Origin: Halorarum halobium
GTDB lineage: Archaea > Halobacteriota > Halobacteria > Halobacteriales > Haloferacaceae
Length of the DNA stretch: 64,000 bases
Direction of reading: 5' to 3'
Assembly: GCF_032116555.1 (NCBI RefSeq)
Contig: NZ_CP134949.1
Location: 1,798,001 to 1,862,000 of the forward strand
Shown: one piece after another, positions 45,471-55,721 of the stretch
Layout of the letters: each line of letters starts with the position of its first letter
How positions within the stretch are numbered: the first letter of the stretch is position 1
The notes under the pieces: model-generated
Seen by the model: only the letters and a program-made list of their open reading frames with translations
Database searches by the model: none
What the model was told of the DNA's origin: nothing
Position numbers and translations under genes: made by a program

Positions 45471-46484
45471 ATGAACACTCGCCGCGTGCGTGGCGTCGCC
45501 ATCGCCGGGCTCGTCTTCCTCGTCGTCCAGGTCGGCGCGGTATCGCTGGTTCCCGCCTTCGAGTCCGCCAACTACCAGGCGACGGAGAACCCGCAGGACC
45601 CGACCAACAGCGTCGTCTACCTGGGGGCGATTCTCGTCGTCACCGCGCTCATGCTCGCCGCGTTCCGCTACGACCTCGACCAGCTCATCCGGGGCGTGAT
45701 CGTCCTCTCCTCGGGCCTGCTCGCGTGGTACGTCTTCTCGGTCGCGCTCCCGCCCAACGCCGCCGTCGTCGCGGCGGCGCTCGTCGCGGTCGCGCTCTGG
45801 GTGTACCCCGAATGGTACGTCATCGACACGGCGGGCGCGTTGATGGGCGCCGGAGCCGCCGGCCTGTTCGGGATCAGTTTCGGATTGCTCCCCGCCATCG
45901 TCCTCCTGACGGCGCTCGCCGTCTACGACGCGATCTCGGTGTACGGCACCGAGCACATGCTCGATCTCGCTGAGGGCGTGATGGCGCTCAAGATTCCGGT
46001 CGTGCTGGTCATCCCGCTCACCTGGTCCTACTCGCTGCTCGACGCCGAGTTCGCCGACGAGGACGACGCGGACACGACGGACGGACCGGACGTGGACGGC
46101 CCCGAGACCGCCGACGGCGGCGTCTCCGAACGGGAGTCCGGCCCCGAACGACACGCTCACGGTGGGGAGGATGACGAACGAGACGTGTTCTTCATCGGAC
46201 TCGGCGACGCCGTGATGCCCGCCGTGATGGTCGCCTCCGCCGCGTTCTGGTCTCCGGCGACGCCGCTCGGAATCCCTGGTCTGCCGGCGATGGGGCTGCC
46301 CGCGCTGCTCTCGATGGTCGGCACGTTCCTGGGACTGGGTCTCCTCCTCCGGATGGTGATGAAGGGCCGAGCCCACGCGGGGCTCCCGCTGTTGAACGGC
46401 GGCGCGATCGGCGGCTACCTGCTCGGGTCGCTCGTCGCCGGCGTGCCCCTCGTCACCGCGCTCGGGCTCGGGACGTACCTGTGA
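45471..46484 (+). CDS. Presenilin-like intramembrane aspartyl protease (PSH), copy 1
   Basis: AVYDAISVY, IGLGD, HAGLPLLNGG; ~9 TM. Confidence 0.9.
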   Translation: MNTRRVRGVAIAGLVFLVVQVGAVSLVPAFESANYQATENPQDPTNSVVYLGAILVVTALMLAAFRYDLDQLIRGVIVLSSGLLAWYVFSVALPPNAAVVAAALVAVALWVYPEWYVIDTAGALMGAGAAGLFGISFGLLPAIVLLTALAVYDAISVYGTEHMLDLAEGVMALKIPVVLVIPLTWSYSLLDAEFADEDDADTTDGPDVDGPETADGGVSERESGPERHAHGGEDDERDVFFIGLGDAVMPAVMVASAAFWSPATPLGIPGLPAMGLPALLSMVGTFLGLGLLLRMVMKGRAHAGLPLLNGGAIGGYLLGSLVAGVPLVTALGLGTYL

Positions 46485-47383
46485 CCGACGCCCGGCTTCG
46501 GGGTGCGGTCGGCACCGGGGGACTGTTCCTCGCGGTGCAACTGCTCGCGCTCGCCGTCGCGCCGCGACTGGCGACCGACGGCGTCAGCTACGGGAGCGGC
46601 GGCGACGCGCTCGTCCCACTCGTCCTGGGACTCGTCGTGGGCACCATCCTCTCGCTCGCGGTGGTTCGCTACCGGCGGAGCCGACGCCTCGTGCGCGCGA
46701 TGATGCTCGTTTCGCTCGGCGTCGCCGTCTCGCTCGCGCCGTACGCCTTCTTCGGTCCCCTCGCCGGATTACTCGCGGGGACAGTCGCCGTGGTGCTCGC
46801 CTGGCGGGTCCCGCGCTGGGAGGTGCGAAACCTCGTGGCGGTCGTCGGCGTCGCCGGTGCGGCGGGGCTGTTCGGCGCGAGCCTCTCGCCGCCGTACGCG
46901 CTCGCGGCGCTCGCGCTGGCCGCCGTCTACGACGCCTACGCCGTGTACGTCTCGGGCCACATGAAGACGCTCGCGGTCGCCAGCGAACGGATGGACCTCC
47001 CGTCGATGTTCGTCGTGCCGGCCGGCGAGGGGCCCCGCGGTGGCCGACTCGACCTCGACGCGACGGCCGACCGTGACATGGAGCGGCGGGGTGAGCCGGC
47101 CGCGACCGTGCTCGGGGCAGGTGATGCGCTGTTTCCCGCGATGCTGGCCGCCAGCGCCGCGGTACACGGCGCGGCGGGTGGCTGGTTCGGCTCCGCCGCG
47201 TCGGTCGCCTTCGGCCTCGTCCCCACGGCGCTGGGCGCGCTCGTCGGTTCGGTCGTCGGGTTCGCGGCGCTCCAGGTCCTCGTCCAGCGGCGGGGCGGCA
47301 TGTACGCCGGGCTCCCGTTCATCAACGGGGGCGCGATGCTCGGATTCCTCGTCGCCGCGCTCGCAAGCGGCATCCCGTTCTGA
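46481..47383 (+). CDS. Presenilin-like intramembrane aspartyl protease (PSH), copy 2
   Basis: AVYDAYAVY, LGAGD, YAGLPFINGG; GTGA overlap with copy 1. Confidence 0.85.
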   Translation: MTDARLRGAVGTGGLFLAVQLLALAVAPRLATDGVSYGSGGDALVPLVLGLVVGTILSLAVVRYRRSRRLVRAMMLVSLGVAVSLAPYAFFGPLAGLLAGTVAVVLAWRVPRWEVRNLVAVVGVAGAAGLFGASLSPPYALAALALAAVYDAYAVYVSGHMKTLAVASERMDLPSMFVVPAGEGPRGGRLDLDATADRDMERRGEPAATVLGAGDALFPAMLAASAAVHGAAGGWFGSAASVAFGLVPTALGALVGSVVGFAALQVLVQRRGGMYAGLPFINGGAMLGFLVAALASGIPF

Positions 47384-47483
47384 GGAAACTATCAGCGGAC
47401 CATGTCACCCCCCTATCAGCGGACCGGGTCCTCACCCCGCCCAATTTCCCCGGCCGTCGAATCGAAGCCGTCGTCCCGACAGA

Positions 47484-47954
47484 TCACTCCGACCCGGCAC
47501 CGTCGCGGACCTTGACGGCCATCCCGGCGTCGAAATCGAGCATCCCTTCGGCCGACAGTTCCGCCCGGCCGACGCCGAGCAGGTCGCCGTCCTCGTGGAC
47601 GACCGCCACCTCGTCGTGCGGCCTGACGGCCGGGTCGACCTCGGCGACGAACTTCGCGAACACGTTCTTCCCCTCGCGCACGAACGGCGCGCTCTCGTCG
47701 CCGACGACGACGCTGTAGGCCGGGTGGTCGAGCGCCGCACGGAGCCGCCTGCCGCCCTCCAGTCCCAGCGTGAACCGGCCGTCGGTCCGGTAGGAGACGA
47801 CCCGGCCGCCGTCGGCGACGACCTGCCGCGGGCGGCCGCTCGTCGAGCGCCGCACCTCGACGTCGTCGTCCGGAAAGAGCGCCTCGCCGGCGGTCGCACC
47901 GAACTGGTAGTCCGCGACGGTCCGCAGGTCCGCGATCGTGGGGATCGAACTCAC
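47484..47954 (-). CDS. PUA-domain protein (archaeosine TGT C-terminal-like)
   Basis: LRTVADYQFG, FVREGKNVFAKFV, GMAVKVR; GTG start overlaps the NYN stop. Confidence 0.85.
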   Translation of the reverse strand: MSSIPTIADLRTVADYQFGATAGEALFPDDDVEVRRSTSGRPRQVVADGGRVVSYRTDGRFTLGLEGGRRLRAALDHPAYSVVVGDESAPFVREGKNVFAKFVAEVDPAVRPHDEVAVVHEDGDLLGVGRAELSAEGMLDFDAGMAVKVRDGAGSE

Positions 47955-48448
47955 AGCAGGAACGTCTCCTCTCGCTCGCCCATGTCGAGGAACGCGTCGG
48001 CCGACTCGATCAGTTCGGTCGCGGTCGAGGAACCGAAGCTCATCACCTCGACGCGGACGCCCTCGTGCCGGAGATGCGAGCAGAGCCTGGCGAAGTCGCC
48101 GTCGCCCGAACAGAGGACGACCGTGTCCACGTGGTCGGCCAGCGAGACCGCGTCGAGGCTCATGCCGAGGTCCCAGTCGGCCTTCTTCGAGCCGTCGCCG
48201 AACGTCTTGATGTCCTTGATCTTCGTCTCGAAGCCGATGTCCCGCAGCGCCTCGAAGAACGACTCCTCCTCGGGGGAGTCCGCGCGGATGACGTAGGCGA
48301 TCGCCCTCGTGAGAACCCTGTCCTGCACAGCCTTCTCCAGCATCGTCGAGTAGTCGATGTTCCGCGAGTAGACGCTCTGTGCGGAGTGATAGAGGTTCTG
48401 CGAGTCGGCGAGCACCGCCACCCGCTGGCCGCCGTGAATCTCGGTCAT
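47951..48448 (-). CDS. NYN / LabA-DUF88 domain protein
   Basis: VLADSQNLY, KADWD, SGDGDF, GVRVEV. Confidence 0.9.
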   Translation of the reverse strand: MTEIHGGQRVAVLADSQNLYHSAQSVYSRNIDYSTMLEKAVQDRVLTRAIAYVIRADSPEEESFFEALRDIGFETKIKDIKTFGDGSKKADWDLGMSLDAVSLADHVDTVVLCSGDGDFARLCSHLRHEGVRVEVMSFGSSTATELIESADAFLDMGEREETFLL

Positions 48449-48603
48449 CGGGTTCGAGATGTGGGACCGGCGGTTTAGTCGTGTCGGGGTCCGCTCGACC
48501 ACGTACCACGGAGTTCAGCCACACCGGGTCGGCTCGGTTTCGTCATCGGGGTGGCCGTCCACGGACACGTAGCGTTTTATCCGATGGCGCCACAGGTGGA
48601 CGC

Positions 48604-49569
48604 ATGACCGACCCGGACCGGCGCGAGGCGTGTCTCGTGGACGCGTTCACGAGCGAACCGCTCGAGGGCAACGCTGCCGGCGTCCTCACCGACGCCGCCG
48701 GCCTGAGCGAAACGCAGATGCGTGCGGTCGCGCGCGAACTCGCCGTCAGCGAGACGGCGTTTCTCACGCCCTCCGAGGCGGCCGACCGGAAGGTTCGCTA
48801 CTTCTCGCCCGCCGCGGAGGTCGACCTCTGTGGCCACGCGACCGTCGCCGCCCACGCGCGCCTGTTCGAGACCGGCGAGATCGACGCCGGGAGCCACACG
48901 CTGGAGACGAACGTCGGCGTCATCGACGTCGAGGTGACCGAGGACGGGGTCGTCAGGATGACCCAGAACGAGCCCACGGTCGTCGAGGTCGACGAGTCCT
49001 ACGAGCGGGTCGGCGAGGCGCTGGGCTGTGATCCGAACGTGTTCCGCGACGTTGGTGCCGAACTCCCCGTCGCCTACGCCAGCACCGGCCTCCCGTTCCT
49101 CGTCGTCCCGACGAACTTCCTCGAACAGCTTGGCGACATGGATCCCGACCCGGAGGCGGTCGCGGCGCTCGCGGACGAGCACGACGCCGCCGGCGTCTAC
49201 GCGTTCACCTTCGACACTCTCGACGCGGACGCGACGGTCCACGGCCGCTGTTTCGCGCCGGGAATCGGCATCCTCGAGGACCCCGTGACCGGTACCGCGT
49301 CGGGCGCGTGCGGCGCGTACCTCGACCACTTCGCCGCGTTCACTGGCGGGTCGAACGAGATTTCCGAGCGGGCGAGCGGGGACGATCCGGAGTCCGGGAC
49401 GCCCGAGGAGATGCTGTTCGAGCAGGGCCACTACGTCGACCGACCCGGGACGGTCAGCGTCCGCGCGGCCGGCGGGGGCCCACCGTCGATCGGCGGCGAC
49501 GCGGTCACGTCGTTCACGGGGCAACTCCGGGTTCCCCCGAGCGACGACGACGACATCATCGAGGCGTAG
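48604..49569 (+). CDS. PhzF family isomerase
   Basis: VDAFT..GNAAGV, SETAF, EVDLCGHAT, EDPVTGTA, EQG. Confidence 0.92.
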   Translation: MTDPDRREACLVDAFTSEPLEGNAAGVLTDAAGLSETQMRAVARELAVSETAFLTPSEAADRKVRYFSPAAEVDLCGHATVAAHARLFETGEIDAGSHTLETNVGVIDVEVTEDGVVRMTQNEPTVVEVDESYERVGEALGCDPNVFRDVGAELPVAYASTGLPFLVVPTNFLEQLGDMDPDPEAVAALADEHDAAGVYAFTFDTLDADATVHGRCFAPGIGILEDPVTGTASGACGAYLDHFAAFTGGSNEISERASGDDPESGTPEEMLFEQGHYVDRPGTVSVRAAGGGPPSIGGDAVTSFTGQLRVPPSDDDDIIEA

Positions 49570-49668
49570 CTCCGATTCGGGCCGCCGTCGTTCGGTTTCG
49601 GTGACGTCCTCCCGTCGAGTTCGTCGCCGAGTCGTCCAGGTAGTCGATCCCTACCCGGACTGACCGTA

Positions 49669-49684
49669 CACTCGCCTCCGAGTA
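49669..49684. promoter_or_regulatory. Putative TrmB-type site upstream of the ppsA promoter
   Basis: CACT-CGCCTCC-GAGTA, one mismatch to TACT-N7-GAGTA, ~35 nt upstream of TTTA at 49720. Confidence 0.65.
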
Positions 49685-49751
49685 GTTTTTTCTGCACCGT
49701 TGCGCGGGTCGGAACCTTCTTTAGCGAGTCGGCGGACCCCACGAACACGAA

Positions 49752-52115
49752 ATGGCTGTACTTTGGCTGGACGACGTGTCGGCCGGCGACCTGGAGACGG
49801 TCGGCGGCAAGGCGGCCTCGCTGGGCGAACTCACCGGCGCGGGCCTCCCGGTCCCGCCGGGCTTCGTCGTCACCGCCGGAACGTACCGCACCTTCATCGA
49901 GGAGGCGGGCATCGACGAGGAGCTGTTCGCCGCGATGGAGATCGACCCCGAGGACAGCGCCGAGCTGAAGGCCGCCGCTGAGACCGCACACGACCTCATT
50001 CTGGGAACCGACCTCCCCGACTCCGTCGCCGACGAGATCCTTGAGGCCTATCGGACGATGGGCGAGGGGGCCGAGGCGTTCGTCGCCGTCCGCTCCTCGG
50101 CGACCGCCGAGGACCTCCCGGACGCCTCGTTCGCGGGCCAGCAGGAGACATTCCTCAACGTCCGCGAGGACGCGCTCATTCAGCGCGTGAAGGAGTGCTG
50201 GGCGTCGCTGTTCTCCCAGCGCGCCATCTACTACCGCCAGCAGAAGGGGTTCCCGCACGACGAGGTCGACATCGCGGTCGTCGTCCAGCGGATGGTCGAC
50301 GCCGACGAGTCGGGCGTCATGTTCACCAGCCACCCCTCCACCGGCGAGCCGCAGATCATCATCGAGGCCGCATGGGGGCTCGGCGAGGCGGTCGTCTCCG
50401 GCTCGGTCTCGCCCGACAACTACGTCGTCGACCGCGAGACCGCCGACGTCGAGGAGGTCACCGTCGCGGACAAGAAGCTGATGATGGAAAAAGACGCAGA
50501 GACGGGCGAGACCGTCGAGCGCGAGGTGCCGGACGACAGGCGCGAGCAGCGCGTCCTCTCGGACGGGGAGATCGAGCGCCTCGTCGAGCTCGGCCGGAAA
50601 GTCGAGGACCACTACGGCGACCCCCAGGACGTCGAGTGGGCGATCTACGACGGCGACGTCTACATGCTCCAGTCGCGGCCCATCACGACCATCTCGGACC
50701 CGGCCGGCGTCGACGACCGCGACCGCCAGGGCGATCCGGCCGGCGAGGCGGCGTCGACCCCCTCGACCGCCGCCGCGGCCGCGGGTGGCGCGAACGGCAC
50801 GGGTGCGACCGACGGCGGCGCCGGCGGCTCGGGCGACGACGAGGTGTTGCTCCGCGGGCTGGGCGCCTCGCCGGGCATCGTCTCGGGCGCGGTCCGGATC
50901 GTCACGAAGCTCGACCACCTCGACCAGGTCGCCGAGGGCGACGTCATCGTGACCGAGATGACGATGCCCGACATGGTGCCCGCGATGAAGCGCGCGGACG
51001 GCATCGTCACCGACGAGGGCGGGATGACCTCCCACGCGGCCATCGTCTCCCGTGAACTCGGCGTCCCGGCGGTCGTCGGGACGGGCTCTGCCACGCGGAC
51101 CCTCCAGGACGGCCAGACGGTGACCATCGACGGCGACAAGGGGACGATCCGGAGGGGTTCCGCCGCGGAGCGCGGCGTCGAGGAGCACGAACCCGTCGAG
51201 GCGATGCGCCCCGAGACGCCGGTCAAGCCGATGACCGCGACGGAGGTGAAGGTGAACGTCTCCATCCCGGAGGCCGCGGAGCGCGCCGCCGCGACGGGCG
51301 CGGACGGGGTCGGCCTGCTCCGTATCGAGCACATGGTGCTCTCGCTCGGCAAGACGCCCGCGAAGGTCATCGCGGACAGGGGCGCGGACGCGTACGTCCA
51401 GGAACTCGTCGACGGCATCCGGACGGTCGCCGAGGAGTTCTACCCGCGACCGGTGCGAGCCCGGACGCTCGACGCGCCGACCGACGAGTTCCGCGACCTC
51501 GAGGGCGGCGAGGACGAGCCCGACGAACACAACCCGATGCTCGGCTGGCGTGGCGTCCGGCGGTCGCTCGACAAGACGGACGTGTTCGAGAAGGAACTGC
51601 GGGCGTTCCAGGAGCTGTGGGAGATGGGGTACGACAACCTCGAACTGATGCTCCCGCTCGTCAACGACGCCGAGGACGTCCGGGGGGCAAAGTCGATCAT
51701 GCGCGACGTGGGCATCGACGTGGACAAGCAGCGCTGGGGCGTGATGATCGAGACGCCCGCCTCCGCGCTCTCCATCGAGGAGATGGCCGCGGAGGGCATC
51801 GACTTCGCGTCATTCGGCACGAACGACCTCACCCAGTACACGCTCGCGGTCGACCGCAACAACAGCAACGTCGCGGACCGGTTCGACGAGCTTCACCCGG
51901 CCGTGCTCGAACTGATCGCGGAGGTCGTCGGCACCTGCCGGGAACTCGACGTCGACACCAGCATCTGCGGGCAGGCCGCGTCCAAGCCCGCGATGGTCGA
52001 CTTCCTCGTCGAGGAGGGTATCACCTCCATCTCGGCGAACATCGACGCCGTGCGCGACGTCCAGCACGAGGTGAAACGCACCGAACAGAAGCTCGTCCTC
52101 GACTCCGTTCGCTGA
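49752..52115 (+). CDS. ppsA: Phosphoenolpyruvate synthase (pyruvate,water dikinase)
   Basis: VGGKAASLGE, VRSSATAED, GGMTSHAAIVSRE, NPMLGWRG, GTNDLTQ, ICGQ. Confidence 0.96.
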   Translation: MAVLWLDDVSAGDLETVGGKAASLGELTGAGLPVPPGFVVTAGTYRTFIEEAGIDEELFAAMEIDPEDSAELKAAAETAHDLILGTDLPDSVADEILEAYRTMGEGAEAFVAVRSSATAEDLPDASFAGQQETFLNVREDALIQRVKECWASLFSQRAIYYRQQKGFPHDEVDIAVVVQRMVDADESGVMFTSHPSTGEPQIIIEAAWGLGEAVVSGSVSPDNYVVDRETADVEEVTVADKKLMMEKDAETGETVEREVPDDRREQRVLSDGEIERLVELGRKVEDHYGDPQDVEWAIYDGDVYMLQSRPITTISDPAGVDDRDRQGDPAGEAASTPSTAAAAAGGANGTGATDGGAGGSGDDEVLLRGLGASPGIVSGAVRIVTKLDHLDQVAEGDVIVTEMTMPDMVPAMKRADGIVTDEGGMTSHAAIVSRELGVPAVVGTGSATRTLQDGQTVTIDGDKGTIRRGSAAERGVEEHEPVEAMRPETPVKPMTATEVKVNVSIPEAAERAAATGADGVGLLRIEHMVLSLGKTPAKVIADRGADAYVQELVDGIRTVAEEFYPRPVRARTLDAPTDEFRDLEGGEDEPDEHNPMLGWRGVRRSLDKTDVFEKELRAFQELWEMGYDNLELMLPLVNDAEDVRGAKSIMRDVGIDVDKQRWGVMIETPASALSIEEMAAEGIDFASFGTNDLTQYTLAVDRNNSNVADRFDELHPAVLELIAEVVGTCRELDVDTSICGQAASKPAMVDFLVEEGITSISANIDAVRDVQHEVKRTEQKLVLDSVR

Positions 52116-52212
52116 GGACGAAGTGAGCCGACCTTGATCAACGGCGGCCGGCCGGTGGGCCGCTCGGGCCGAAACGGAACCGCTATACGGCAACGAACCG
52201 TCCGGATTTCGT

Positions 52213-53280
52213 ATGCAGCAGCCGGTCGGCGAGGCGCGCCCGCAGTCGTTCGATCGCGTCCTCTCGTCGATGTGTACCGACCCGCACCCCGCCGCCCGTG
52301 CGGCGGCCGAACGGTTTCTCGCGTCGAACCCCGGCGACCCCGGAACGTACGGCACCGTCGCGGACCTGGAATCCGACGCCGTCGTCGCCCTCGGCGAACT
52401 GGCGGGGCTCGCCGACCCGAACGGCTACGTGACCAGCGGCGGCACCGAGGCCAACGTCCAGGCCCTCCACGCGGCCCGGAACCTCGCGGACGCGACGGAC
52501 CCCAACGTCGTCGCACCGGAGTCCGCACACTTCAGCTTCACCAAGGCCGCCGAACTGCTGGGCGTCGAACTCCGAACCGTTCCCACCGACGAGGACCACC
52601 GCGCGGACGTCGACGCCGTCGCGGCCGCCGTCGACGACGACACCGCGCTCGTCGTCGGCGTCGCCGGAAGCACGGAGTACGGCCGGGTGGACCCGATTCC
52701 CGCGCTCGCCGACGTCGCCGCCGACGCCGGTGCCCGCCTCCACGTCGACGCCGCCTGGGGCGGCTTCTACCTTCCGTTTACCGACGCAGTCTGGGACTTT
52801 TCCGTCGAGGCAGTCGACACGCTCACCATCGATCCGCACAAGGTCGGCCGGGCTGTCGTGCCCGCGGGCGGCCTCCTGGCGCGGGAGACCGAGACGCTGG
52901 ACGCGCTCGCGATCTCCACGCCGTACCTCGAAACGCCCTCGCAGGCGAGCCTGACGGGCACGCGTTCGGGAGCGGGCGTGGCTTCCGCCGCCGCGGCACT
53001 CCGGGAACTCTGGCCCGACGGCTACCGGGTCGAGTACGAGCGCGCCGCCGGGCTCGCCGACTGGCTCGCCGACGAGCTTTCCGACCGGGGTCACGCCGTC
53101 GTCGAGCCGGAACTCCCGCTGGTCGCGGTCGACCTCCCGGACGAGGCGTTCGGGGCGCTTCGGGACGCCGGCTGGAAGCTCGCTCGGACGGGGTCCGGCG
53201 AGGCCAGGATCGTACTCATGCCACACGTCAGCCGGTCGATGCTGACCGAGTTCCTGGCCGATCTGGACCGGCTGGCCTGA
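52213..53280 (+). CDS. mfnA: PLP-dependent group II decarboxylase (MfnA, tyrosine/aspartate decarboxylase)
   Basis: [30 protein letters not shown]. Confidence 0.88.
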   Translation: MQQPVGEARPQSFDRVLSSMCTDPHPAARAAAERFLASNPGDPGTYGTVADLESDAVVALGELAGLADPNGYVTSGGTEANVQALHAARNLADATDPNVVAPESAHFSFTKAAELLGVELRTVPTDEDHRADVDAVAAAVDDDTALVVGVAGSTEYGRVDPIPALADVAADAGARLHVDAAWGGFYLPFTDAVWDFSVEAVDTLTIDPHKVGRAVVPAGGLLARETETLDALAISTPYLETPSQASLTGTRSGAGVASAAAALRELWPDGYRVEYERAAGLADWLADELSDRGHAVVEPELPLVAVDLPDEAFGALRDAGWKLARTGSGEARIVLMPHVSRSMLTEFLADLDRLA

Positions 53281-53326
53281 ACCGTCGGAGTTTACTGTCG
53301 GCGCGCGTCAGGGACGCGTACTACAC

Positions 53327-53941
53327 GTGTCCCCGTTTCTCACCTCCCTCGCGGAACTGCACGTTGCGACCGGAGGGGTCCACCTCCCGCTCGCGTCCGT
53401 CCTGCCGGACTTCGGCCTCGAATCGGTCGTGGAGTCCGCGACGGGCTGGGGCGGACTCGGCATCATCTTCGTCTACTCGTTCCTGATCGCCTTCGCCCTG
53501 CCGGGGGTGAGCGAGATCGTCCTGCTCGCGCCGATCGACCTCGGGCTGGGACGGGTCGGACGGCTCTCGGCCATCATCCTGGTCTCGGGAGTGGGAAAGG
53601 CCGCGGGCTCGGTGTTCGCCTTCCACATCGGCCAGGAGGCCAAGGATTCGGGGCCGGTCATCCGCTGGCTCCGGAACTCCCGGTTCGACGTCATCGAGTG
53701 GTCCGAGTCCCGGACCGTCGAGATATCACGGAAGTACGGCTACGCCGGCCTCGCGCTCGCGCTCTGCGTGCCGTTCTTCCCGGACACCGTCTCCATCTAC
53801 GCCTTCGCGGTCCTGGAGCGTGACTACCGGAAGTTCGCGCTGGCGACGTTCGTCGGCAGCGTCGGCCGTCTGCTGGTGACGCTGGGCATCTGGCGCGTCG
53901 GCACCGACGCGATCGCGCTCATCGAAGCGCTCATCGCGTGA
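53327..53941 (+). CDS. YqaA / DedA (VTT) family membrane protein
   Basis: YSFLIAFALPGVSE, GKAAGS, PFFPD, GSVGR; start uncertain. Confidence 0.8.
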   Translation: MSPFLTSLAELHVATGGVHLPLASVLPDFGLESVVESATGWGGLGIIFVYSFLIAFALPGVSEIVLLAPIDLGLGRVGRLSAIILVSGVGKAAGSVFAFHIGQEAKDSGPVIRWLRNSRFDVIEWSESRTVEISRKYGYAGLALALCVPFFPDTVSIYAFAVLERDYRKFALATFVGSVGRLLVTLGIWRVGTDAIALIEALIA

Positions 53942-54193
53942 AACCAGTCGCCGGCGCGGTCGCCGTCTCGGACTCGACCGGGCGGACTCATCCTCGTCGA
54001 ACCTCGCCGGATCGACCGCCGGGTCGGAACCGAAGTGAGTCTCCGGTTCGCACTCCAGTACTGCGATTCATTCGGCGAATCTTTCAGGACAGTTCTCCTC
54101 CTACCGGATCGTACGCCCGGGTCCGACGGAGCACGCCGGTGAAATCGGGGCCGCTTCGGAAAGAACCGCCGGACTGCGAGTCGAATCGGAGAC

Positions 54194-55252
54194 TCACGGC
54201 TCGGTCAGCGGGACGTGTGAGACGCGGAACCCGCCGGGAACGGGCCGTACCTCGTCGACGTCGTAGAGGCGAATCGACCGCTCCCCCTTCGTGACGACCC
54301 CGAAATCGTAGTGGGTCGACTCGTACCCGGGCGTGTCATCCCGGCCGCCGAGGAACTCGCGGTGCTCCGAAAGTCGCCGCCGTCCCCGAGTTCGTGCGCG
54401 CTCCGGCAGCCCGTCGAGCCGGTTCACGAACGCCGGCGGGAACCCCGGGTCGCGTTCGATGCCGACCGAGTTTCGGGCCGTCGCCATCGCCGCGAGCGTC
54501 GTCGTTCCGGTCCCCCAGAACGGGTCGAGGACGGTGTCGCCGTAGACGGAGAACATCGACACGAGGCGGTAGGGGAGTTCGAACGGGTACGCCGCGGCCC
54601 GTTCGCGGGGCGCCGCCTCGCCGAGCGCCTGGCCGGTGCCACGGAGGTCCTCCCAGACGTCGGAGAACCACCGGTTGCGCTCCTCCCAGAAGTACGCCGC
54701 GCCGTAACGGTCGGCGTCGTGCGGCGGGAAGCCGCGGCGGTCACCCTTCCGGAACACGAGCACGTGTTCGTGTTCGAGCGTCACGTACGCGTTCGGCGGC
54801 AGCGTCCCCGACCCCATGAACTTCGTCGGCGAGTTGGTCGGTTTTCGCCAGAGGACCCCGGGGAGCTGGTCGAACCCCAGCTCCGCGAACGCCTCGGTGA
54901 TCCGGGCGTGATTCGGGAACAGGCGGAACCGGTCCGCGAGCGAGCGGGTCGCGTCACCGACGTTGACGCAGACGACGCCGCCGGGTTCGACGACCCGGTC
55001 CAGTTCCGCCCACGCCCCGTCGAGGATCTCGTGCATCCGCTCGAACGCGTCGTCTGCCTCGCCCGCCGCCAGCGCGTCGCCGATGGCGGGATCGAGCGCG
55101 GCGAACGTCCCGTCCCACTGCTCGATCATCGGGTAGGGCGGGGAGGTGACGGCGAGTTGCACGCTGTCGGCCCGGAGCGGGAGCGACCGGGCGTCGCCGA
55201 CGCTCGTGACGTGGCTCGTCCGTCTCCGATCGGGTTGCTCCGGGGCGGTCAT
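54194..55252 (-). CDS. Orphan site-specific DNA methyltransferase, beta class, probably N4-cytosine
   Basis: VTSPPY (motif IV) precedes DPFWGTGTT (motif I); no adjacent endonuclease. Confidence 0.88.
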   Translation of the reverse strand: MTAPEQPDRRRTSHVTSVGDARSLPLRADSVQLAVTSPPYPMIEQWDGTFAALDPAIGDALAAGEADDAFERMHEILDGAWAELDRVVEPGGVVCVNVGDATRSLADRFRLFPNHARITEAFAELGFDQLPGVLWRKPTNSPTKFMGSGTLPPNAYVTLEHEHVLVFRKGDRRGFPPHDADRYGAAYFWEERNRWFSDVWEDLRGTGQALGEAAPRERAAAYPFELPYRLVSMFSVYGDTVLDPFWGTGTTTLAAMATARNSVGIERDPGFPPAFVNRLDGLPERARTRGRRRLSEHREFLGGRDDTPGYESTHYDFGVVTKGERSIRLYDVDEVRPVPGGFRVSHVPLTEP

Positions 55253-55314
55253 CGACCCGAAACGGTCGCCCCCTGCGGATAAATCCGGCTATCCCCCGTT
55301 CGACGCCGCGTCCG

Positions 55315-55659
55315 TCACTGCTTGCAGGCGTCGAGCCACTCGTAGGCCCAGTCCTCGATCTCGTCGAGCACCGGCCGCAGGGACTCCCCCTTGTCCGTCA
55401 GCGAGTAGAACGTGGCGACCGGCGCGTCGGGTTCCATCCGTCGCGCGACGAAGCCGAGTTCCTGGAGGTCGTCGAGCACCCGCGAGAGCGTCCGTGCGCT
55501 CGCGTCGGTCGAACGTTTCAGCTCGTTGAACCGCTTTTCGCCCTCCTGCAGGTCGTGCAGGACGACGAGTCGCCACTGGGAGCCGAGCTGTTCGAGCGCG
55601 TCGATGACGGCACACGGGCCGGTCTCGTCTCCCTCGAGGAACTCGCTATCGGCAGCCAT
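55315..55659 (-). CDS. HxlR family winged-helix regulator
   Basis: C....LGSQW, RFNELKR, RTLSRVL, YSLTDKG. Confidence 0.9.
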   Translation of the reverse strand: MAADSEFLEGDETGPCAVIDALEQLGSQWRLVVLHDLQEGEKRFNELKRSTDASARTLSRVLDDLQELGFVARRMEPDAPVATFYSLTDKGESLRPVLDEIEDWAYEWLDACKQ

Positions 55660-55721
55660 GCGAGCGGCTATGCCGTGGGGCTACATAGGGGTTCGGTTGC
55701 GAACCGGGTATCAGCGCGACA

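Noticed and set aside
52213..53280. Methanofuran biosynthesis implied by mfnA
   Set aside because: No other mfn or methanogenesis genes in the window; archaeal MfnA homologues also make beta-alanine for CoA, which is the simpler reading.
54194..55659. Restriction-modification or defence island
   Set aside because: No endonuclease or other defence gene adjacent; composition matches the core genome.
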